A stretch of DNA of 32,000 nt from Nitratidesulfovibrio vulgaris str. Hildenborough (GTDB taxonomy: Bacteria > Desulfobacterota > Desulfovibrionia > Desulfovibrionales > Desulfovibrionaceae). The stretch lies in assembly GCF_000195755.1 (NCBI RefSeq), contig NC_002937.3, positions 570,001 to 602,000 of the forward strand. Direction: 5' to 3'. The notes beneath the pieces were generated by a model, which was not told where the DNA came from, ran no database searches, and saw only the letters and a program-made list of their open reading frames with translations. The position numbers and the translations under genes are program-made. Positions 26,965 through 32,000 of the stretch are shown piece after piece (position 1 is the stretch's first letter; each line of letters starts with the position of its first letter).

Positions 26965-27002
26965 AAACGTCCCGACCGTGGCATTTCACGGTCGGGACGT
27001 TT
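26965..27002. terminator. Strong bidirectional rho-independent terminator after fliW
   Basis: AAACGTCCCGACCGTG-GCATTT-CACGGTCGGGACGTTT forms a perfect 16-bp stem with A/T-rich flanks on both sides. Confidence 0.8.
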
Positions 27003-27232
27003 CTATAGGTCGTTTTGGAGAAGCCTGCGGGTATTGCCCCGATGGTCCCATGGGCGGGTGTTCTCCACGCCACATGTTGCGGGGCAGCTGTTCCTTCTTC
27101 GGACATCTGAACGTCTGCAGGTGCGACGAAGCATCGGTACAGGTGTGCTGGGGCCCCTCGCAGGTCCGCCTGTTCCCGGTAATGGGGCCGCAGGTGCGGG
27201 GGGCTGCCCGCGCCGTCAGGTCGCCATGGCCG

Positions 27233-27262
27233 AAAGGCGGGCTCCGCATGGCGGGCCCGCTT
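27233..27262 (-). terminator. Probable terminator downstream of flgM
   Basis: Minus strand reads AAGCGGGC-CCGCCATGCGGA-GCCCGC-CTTTCGG. It starts 32 nt past the flgM stop. The stem is imperfect. Confidence 0.4.
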
Positions 27263-27293
27263 CGGGGTGTTTCGTGGGTCGCAGGCAGGACTG

Positions 27294-27608
27294 CTAGCGA
27301 CGGAACAGTTCTATCTCTTCCTTGACCAGCTTCTCTGCGACCTTGCGTGAATCGACAGTGTAGCTGCCGTTGTTCACGCGTTCACGCAAGGTGTCCACCT
27401 TCTCCTGACGGACATCCGGCGCGGCCTGGGCCGCTGCGTAGGCTTCTGTGCGCAACTTGCCTTCGACGGACAGGCTTATCCTGTCCCCCTGCGGGGCTGC
27501 GCGTTCCGGTTGTGCGGACCCCTTGCGGGCGTTCGCCTTGCCGGTTTCGGCCTTTTCGAGCTGCGTCCTGTAGGGATCGAGCTGCTTGAGATACGTCTTG
27601 ATTTCCAT
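27294..27608 (-). CDS. flgM: Anti-sigma-28 factor FlgM, 104 aa
   Basis: C-terminal KVDTLRERVNNGSYTVDSRKVAEKLV is the FlgM signature. GGGGAGG lies 6 nt upstream of the ATG at 27608. The ORF-track start at 27614 is a TTG. Confidence 0.85.
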   Translation of the reverse strand: MEIKTYLKQLDPYRTQLEKAETGKANARKGSAQPERAAPQGDRISLSVEGKLRTEAYAAAQAAPDVRQEKVDTLRERVNNGSYTVDSRKVAEKLVKEEIELFRR

Positions 27609-27633
27609 GATCAACCTCCCCGTGGGAGTGACG

Positions 27634-28050
27634 TCAGAGCATGGTCTCGTCGACCTTCGTGAGAGTTATCGCCCAGAGTCTGTCCAGTATGGCTGCCTTC
27701 TCCGCTGGCGCTACCTCTTCGGGAACCGAGCCGTGCTGCCTGAATATCTGCACGTCCAGTCCGCCGGGAGGATACGTGAAGGTGAGCCGTTCTCCTGTCT
27801 GCCTGTCCAGTTCCGCGCGCACTTCCTCGACGATGGGGTTGTCGCTGCCCGTTACGATGAGATTCTCGAAGATCTCGCGGGCGACTCTCTCGACCATGAT
27901 CTTTCGTTTCACATCCGGCGGAATCGCTGGCTCTTCTCCGCCTTCGGCATATCGCAGGGCCTGCCTGTAGCGGGCCAGTCGACGGGCCGTCACAAGCTGC
28001 CTGTCATAATGCAGGAGCATGTTGCGGATGTAAAACGAGTTCGTGCTCAC
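27634..28050 (-). CDS. Hypothetical protein, 138 aa, co-transcribed with flgM from a sigma28-type promoter; no family recognised
   Basis: GTG start with GAGGGGAG upstream and coding-like third-position G/C. The stop lies 25 nt before the flgM ATG. Confidence 0.7.
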   Translation of the reverse strand: MSTNSFYIRNMLLHYDRQLVTARRLARYRQALRYAEGGEEPAIPPDVKRKIMVERVAREIFENLIVTGSDNPIVEEVRAELDRQTGERLTFTYPPGGLDVQIFRQHGSVPEEVAPAEKAAILDRLWAITLTKVDETML

Positions 28051-28071
28051 GACGTTCTCCCCTCATTTCGC

Positions 28072-28098
28072 TTATCGGATGCCCCCGAAGGAACTTTA
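28072..28098 (-). promoter_or_regulatory. Sigma28 (FliA) class-3-type promoter for the 138-aa gene and flgM
   Basis: Minus strand reads TAAAGTTC-N11-TCCGATAA, compared with the enteric consensus TAAAGTTT-N11-GCCGATAA. That is 7/8 plus 7/8 with exact spacing. It ends 21 nt upstream of the GTG start. Confidence 0.7.
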
Positions 28099-28233
28099 GG
28101 GCTGGGGAGAACTTTTTTTCACTTTCCTTCGCGCAGAGGGGAGACTCTGCCTGCAAGACACTCATCGGCGTTTCGCGTGGCTTCTTTAGGGTCTTTGCGG
28201 TTGACAATGGGGTGCGAGCACACTAGCTAACAC

Positions 28234-28261
28234 CTCAATAGTTGCCTATGCAACTAATGAG
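28234..28261. promoter_or_regulatory. Probable MarR-family operator: 28-bp inverted repeat overlapping the marR-like RBS
   Basis: CTCAATAGTTGC-CTAT-GCAACTAATGAG has 12-bp arms, 11 of 12 complementary. It ends 6 nt upstream of the ATG at 28268. Confidence 0.6.
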
Positions 28262-28267
28262 GCCATC

Positions 28268-28936
28268 ATGAACAGCAGACTCACATCGTTTTCCTATCGT
28301 ATCGCCCAACTGCACCGCATCATCACCTTGCGGCTTGGCGAGGCGCTGGCACCGCTTGGCATAGGGCGCAGCCAGTATCCTTTTCTTGCTGAACTCTTTC
28401 TCGGGGGCGACGGCAGGTCACAAGAGACGCTTGCCGGGGCATTGCACCTCGACAAGGGGGCGACGGCACGCGCGCTTGCCTCGCTTGAGGCTGACGGGCT
28501 TGTGCGCCGGGTCGTCAATCCCGACGACAGGCGCGAACGCTTCGTCGTGCTCACCGCGCGAGGCGAAGCCTTGCGAAAGCCTCTCATCGACCGGTTGCGT
28601 CGGGCGACTGAGGTCATCGCGGCTGATTTTTCAGATGAAGAACGGCACCTAACGCTGGGGTTCCTCGACAGGATGCTCGTCAATGTGGGCGCTGAGACCC
28701 CACAGCAGCGTGATGCACGGGCTGATAGTCTGGTGGGGGAATATGGCGTGCCGTCCCTCATTTCGCAGGGGAGTGGCACAGCGCATCCGACCTGCTTCGG
28801 GAAAGGGCAGAATGACACTGATGCAGAATGCATCTCCTCACCCTCTGTAGGCGCTGCACAGGGGAGTGTCGTCAAGGTGGCTGTGACAGACACCACGGCA
28901 AGGGAAAGCCGGACAAAGGGGGCTGCTCATGAGTGA
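28268..28936 (+). CDS. MarR family transcriptional regulator, 222 aa, with a non-MarR C-terminal extension of about 79 aa
   Basis: Winged-helix core (SQETLAGALHLDKGATARALASLEADGLVRRVVNPDDRRERFVVLTARGEAL). Overlaps the downstream transporter start by 8 nt (ATGAGTGA). Confidence 0.88.
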   Translation: MNSRLTSFSYRIAQLHRIITLRLGEALAPLGIGRSQYPFLAELFLGGDGRSQETLAGALHLDKGATARALASLEADGLVRRVVNPDDRRERFVVLTARGEALRKPLIDRLRRATEVIAADFSDEERHLTLGFLDRMLVNVGAETPQQRDARADSLVGEYGVPSLISQGSGTAHPTCFGKGQNDTDAECISSPSVGAAQGSVVKVAVTDTTARESRTKGAAHE

Positions 28937-30332
28937 TGCCATCACCACCACGGGGGCACCGCGAACCCGCCCCGGTGAGGTGCTCTTCGCCGTCTGCTGT
29001 TCGCTGTTCCTCATGCCGTTCATGCTCTCCGCCGTGGGTGTAGCGCTTCCCGTCATCGGGCACGACCTCGGTGCAAGCGCCGTGGAACTCGGTCTCATCG
29101 AGACCGTGTACGTCATGTCACTTTCCATCTTCCTGCTGATGATGGGACGCCTTGGTGACATACAGGGAAGGCGGCGCATCTTCCGCTGGGGGGTGGGGGT
29201 GTTCACCATCGCCACGACCGCCCTGTGGGTTGCCACTTCCGTGCCCCTGTTCCTTGTCTTGCGCGTGGTGCAGGGCATGGGCGCCTCCATGATCAACGCC
29301 AGCGGTCTCGCCATGGTCGTGAGCGTGTACCCGCGCGAAAGCAGGGGCCGGGCGCTGGGTATCGGGGCGGCGGCGGTATATGCGGGCATCTCGTGCGGCC
29401 CGGTGCTTGGGGGTATCATCACCTCGGCGATGGGCTGGCGCTATATCTTCCTCATGGCTGTCCCCCTCGGGGCGGTGACGTGGTGGGTCGCACTCACCCG
29501 TCTGCATGACGAGTGGCGTGATGCACGTGGCGAGCCCTTCGACATCGTGGGAAGTGCCGTCTATGCCGTAGCCATCGCGCTGCTGGCGCTGGGCGCCGCA
29601 TGGGTCGAGAACGACCACCGGGCGTGGTGGGCAGTGGCTGGCGGTGTGGCGGGTATCGCGCTTTTTCTGCGTATCGAGTCGAAAAGGCAGCATCCGCTGC
29701 TCGACGTGCAACTGCTGTTCAGCAACGCCACGTTCGCGCTGGGGTGTCTTGCCGCGTGCATCAACTATGCGGCCACCGCGGGCATGATGCTGTTCATGAG
29801 CCTGTACCTTCAGACCGTGCAGGGACTCGCGCCGGACGAGGCGGGCTTTATGCTGGTGTTACAGCCGCTTCTGCAGATGGTGCTTTCGCCCTACGGCGGG
29901 CGTCTTGCCGACAGGTATGCGCCTGAACGCGTGGCGACGGTGGGCATGGCAGCCAGTGGCGCAGCCCTGATTCTGGCGTCGTTCCTCGGGCAGGACTCTT
30001 CGCTATGGCATGTGGCGCTTGTCCAGATGCTTCTGGGAATCGGCCTCGGGCTTTTCGCGTCGCCCAACACCACGTCCATCATGAGCAGTGTCGAACCGCG
30101 GCATCTGGGGCTTGCTTCCGGCATGACGGGAACCATGCGCACACTGGGCATGATGGTGAGCATGCTTGCCGTGACCATCAGCTTCTCGCTGTTCATGGGC
30201 GGACATCCGGTCAGTGCCGAGACCGTGCCCCCATTCCTGCGCAGCATGAGGGCCGACCTTCTCGTCTTCGGGGGGCTGTGCTTCGCGGGGATTCTGCTTT
30301 CGGCATTGCGGGTGCGGGTGGCTGCACGCTGA
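28929..30332 (+). CDS. MFS transporter, DHA2 (EmrB/QacA-like) drug-efflux type, 467 aa
   Basis: Many hydrophobic segments, MFS motif A (GRLGDIQGRRRIF), and a length and topology consistent with 14 TM segments. Coupled to the MarR gene. Confidence 0.9.
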   Translation: MSDAITTTGAPRTRPGEVLFAVCCSLFLMPFMLSAVGVALPVIGHDLGASAVELGLIETVYVMSLSIFLLMMGRLGDIQGRRRIFRWGVGVFTIATTALWVATSVPLFLVLRVVQGMGASMINASGLAMVVSVYPRESRGRALGIGAAAVYAGISCGPVLGGIITSAMGWRYIFLMAVPLGAVTWWVALTRLHDEWRDARGEPFDIVGSAVYAVAIALLALGAAWVENDHRAWWAVAGGVAGIALFLRIESKRQHPLLDVQLLFSNATFALGCLAACINYAATAGMMLFMSLYLQTVQGLAPDEAGFMLVLQPLLQMVLSPYGGRLADRYAPERVATVGMAASGAALILASFLGQDSSLWHVALVQMLLGIGLGLFASPNTTSIMSSVEPRHLGLASGMTGTMRTLGMMVSMLAVTISFSLFMGGHPVSAETVPPFLRSMRADLLVFGGLCFAGILLSALRVRVAAR

Positions 30333-30429
30333 ACACGTCACGGGCCGTGTCGATGCTTGCGCGACGTCACGTGATGGTGCATCAAGTCCCCACATGGATG
30401 GCACTGTCCATGGCTATCAGCACGGAGGC

Positions 30430-31065
30430 ATGATGTTCACATCAACGGGGCCGTTCACTGCGGCACACCCTGTCATTCTGGCGTCGGGGTCTCCCCGGCG
30501 TCGCGCTTTTTTCGAACAGATGGGCATTCCCTTCGAAGTGATTCTGCCCGTGGACGCCGAACCCTCGCCCATAGAGGGCGAACAGCCCGAAGTGTACGTG
30601 CGGCGCGCGGCAGAGGCCAAGGCCCGCGCTGTCGCCGCAGACCACAAGGGGCGCCTCGTGGTGGCTGCGGATACGGTCGTGGCGCTGGATGACATGATAC
30701 TCGGCAAACCCGCTTCAGCGGATGACGCCCTGTCCATGCTGCGACGTCTGGCGGGCAGGACCCATGTCGTCGCCAGCGGATGCTGTGTCGTCTTGCCTGA
30801 AGGCGGACGCGAGACCTTCCACTCCATAACCCGCGTGACCATGTGGGATTGCCCGGAAGAGGCCCTCGCTGCCTATGTGGCCACGGGTGAGCCTTCCGAC
30901 AAGGCGGGGGCTTATGGCATACAGGGCATAGGGGCTTTCCTGGTGCGCTCCATCGAAGGTTCGTGGACCAATGTCGTGGGGTTGCCCGTGGCCGAACTCA
31001 CCGCCTTGCTGCTGCGCCGGGGCGCCATCCACTGCCAGTTGCCCGTGGAGGCCGTTCATGCCTGA
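30430..31065 (+). CDS. maf: Maf-like nucleoside triphosphate pyrophosphatase, about 211 aa (start uncertain among 30394, 30430 and 30433)
   Basis: VILASGSPRRRAFFEQMGIPFEV...VAADTVVALDDMILGKP...DKAGAYGIQG are the Maf motifs. Confidence 0.88.
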   Translation: MMFTSTGPFTAAHPVILASGSPRRRAFFEQMGIPFEVILPVDAEPSPIEGEQPEVYVRRAAEAKARAVAADHKGRLVVAADTVVALDDMILGKPASADDALSMLRRLAGRTHVVASGCCVVLPEGGRETFHSITRVTMWDCPEEALAAYVATGEPSDKAGAYGIQGIGAFLVRSIEGSWTNVVGLPVAELTALLLRRGAIHCQLPVEAVHA

Positions 31066-31537
31066 TTCGTCGACACGCGACAGGGTCGCCCTCGCCATCG
31101 CCCGTCTCGGGCCCTCCGGCGTGTGCCCCGTCTGTCCGGGAACCTGCGGTGCTGCCGTGGCCGCGATGCTCGCGCCGTTCGTCTTTCTGCCGCTGTCGTT
31201 GCCCATGCGCTGCGTGGCGCTTGCCGTAGTCTACTTCATAGGGGCATGGGCCGCAGGACGGGCAGAGCATCTCCTCGGGCGTAAGGACCCCGGAGAGGTC
31301 GTCGTCGACGAACTCCTCGGGCAGTGGGTGACCATGCTGCCCTTCGCCTCGCTCACGTGGCCGCAGGTGCTGGCCGCCTTCGCTCTTTTCAGGCTGTTCG
31401 ACATCCTCAAGCCGTGGCCGGTGCGCGCTGCCGAAAGCTGGCTGCCCGGTGGACACGGCGTGATGGTCGATGATGGAGTCGCCGGGCTGGAAGCCATGCT
31501 CGTTCTGGCAGGGCTGCTGCACTTCGGGCTGCTCTAG
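31058..31537 (+). CDS. pgpA: Phosphatidylglycerophosphatase A, 159 aa
   Basis: The motif DPGEVVVDELLGQWVTMLP...FRLFDILKPWPV...GGHGVMVDDGVAG is PgpA-like. The ATG overlaps the maf stop (ATGCCTGA). Confidence 0.9.
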   Translation: MPDSSTRDRVALAIARLGPSGVCPVCPGTCGAAVAAMLAPFVFLPLSLPMRCVALAVVYFIGAWAAGRAEHLLGRKDPGEVVVDELLGQWVTMLPFASLTWPQVLAAFALFRLFDILKPWPVRAAESWLPGGHGVMVDDGVAGLEAMLVLAGLLHFGLL

Positions 31538-31594
31538 TATCGTCGTGCAGCCACGATGCTGCCGCAAGGCGATACCGACTTCAGTCGGCAAAAG

Positions 31595-31622
31595 AAAAGG
31601 CCGGGAGCAATCCCGGCCTTTT
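31595..31622. terminator. Bidirectional rho-independent terminator between pgpA and the Rrf2 gene
   Basis: AAAAGGCCGGGA-GCAA-TCCCGGCCTTTT forms a 12-bp stem that includes A and T tracts on both sides. Confidence 0.8.
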
Positions 31623-31637
31623 ACATGCGCATAAGGT

Positions 31638-32000
31638 TCAGTGCGTGGCGTGTGGCGATATGTTGCATGCGTTCTTGGGACACAGGCTCGCATCGCGCAT
31701 GAGGTCCGCCAGCGTGAACGTGTTCAGTTTGCGGTACATGGCCTTGGCGGCCTCGCCCCATATGGTGCGGGTGAGGCATACGGCCATGCGCGGGCAGCAG
31801 GGATTCTCCTCGTCGCATTCGACGGGGGCTTCCATCTCTTCGAGGGCGTAGACCACATCCCCGACAGGGATGTCTTCAGCCTTGTGTGCCAGCTGGTATC
31901 CGCCATGAGCACCTAGCGTGCTCGTGATGTACCCGGCCTTGCGCAACACGCGGATGAGTTTTTCAAGGTACTTCACCGAGATGCCCTGCCGTTGCGCGAT
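31638..32000 (-). CDS. rrf2: Rrf2 family transcriptional regulator, C-terminal part (gene continues past the window end)
   Basis: ...IAQRQGISVKYLEKLIRVLRKAGYITSTLGAHGGYQL is the Rrf2 helix-turn-helix, followed by a Cys cluster (CDEENPCCPRMAVC). The frame is open to position 32000. The gene symbol rests on my recollection of the D. vulgaris hmc-adjacent Rrf2 gene. Confidence 0.85.
   Translation of the reverse strand: MAQRQGISVKYLEKLIRVLRKAGYITSTLGAHGGYQLAHKAEDIPVGDVVYALEEMEAPVECDEENPCCPRMAVCLTRTIWGEAAKAMYRKLNTFTLADLMRDASLCPKNACNISPHATH

Noticed and set aside
26986-27249. 87-aa Cys-containing minus-strand ORF with high third-position G/C in the fliW-flgM spacer, and the idea of a CsrB-like CsrA-sponge RNA next to csrA
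   Set aside because: The ORF's ATG sits in the loop of the flgM terminator with no RBS. Its stop lies inside the fliW terminator stem, and second-position G/C is also high, as in spurious Pro/Arg/Gly-rich frames. There are about 6 GGA motifs on the minus strand and 3 on the plus strand in 290 nt. That is roughly the random expectation, so there is no evidence for a CsrA decoy.
28201-28229. Sigma70-like promoter TTGACA-N17-TAGCTA upstream of the MarR gene
   Set aside because: The -35 is perfect but the -10 matches TATAAT at only 2 of 6 positions. I did not list it as a feature without TSS data.

Overview
GC-rich bacterial chromosome, with no mobile elements, CRISPR arrays, rRNA or tRNA genes. 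From memory only, the gene order and proteins look like a Desulfovibrio/Nitratidesulfovibrio vulgaris-type sulfate reducer. The terminal Rrf2 gene would lie next to the hmc operon. I cannot verify this here.

Layout:
(1) 1-4.7 kb: a partial gene, a YjbQ-family gene, selB, and an orphan two-gene unit of unknown function.
(2) 4.9-15.4 kb, minus strand: one long translation/RNA-processing cluster, rimP-nusA-ylxR-like-infB-DUF503-DHH/NrnA-like-truB-rpsO-pnp.
(3) 15.7-26.9 kb, plus strand: eleven tightly packed flagellar genes, flgF-flgG-flgA-flgH-flgI-flgJ(M23 fusion)-flgN-flgK-flgL-csrA-fliW.
(4) 27.3-28.1 kb, minus strand: an unknown 138-aa gene followed by flgM.
(5) 28.3-32 kb: MarR-family regulator plus MFS efflux pump, maf-pgpA, and a partial Rrf2 regulator.

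This is mostly core genome. I see no defence island or clearly new multi-gene system. The signals I rate highest:
- Three sigma54-type -24/-12 elements share an extended TTGCAAA(A)GCA block. One lies upstream of flgF. The other two lie inside the 3' coding ends of flgA and flgJ, on runs of rare A/T-ending codons. Together they suggest a modular promoter layout for the flagellar cluster.
- A near-consensus sigma28 promoter drives an uncharacterised 138-aa gene together with flgM.
- A canonical intrinsic terminator (GC stem plus U8) sits in the leader of the rimP-nusA-infB operon.
- PNPase (RDGG tail) and IF2 (ten GGYRP units) both carry Arg/Gly-rich tandem repeats.
- The orphan two-gene unit between pnp and selB has no recognisable function.

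All promoter and terminator calls are by eye, and no database search was possible.
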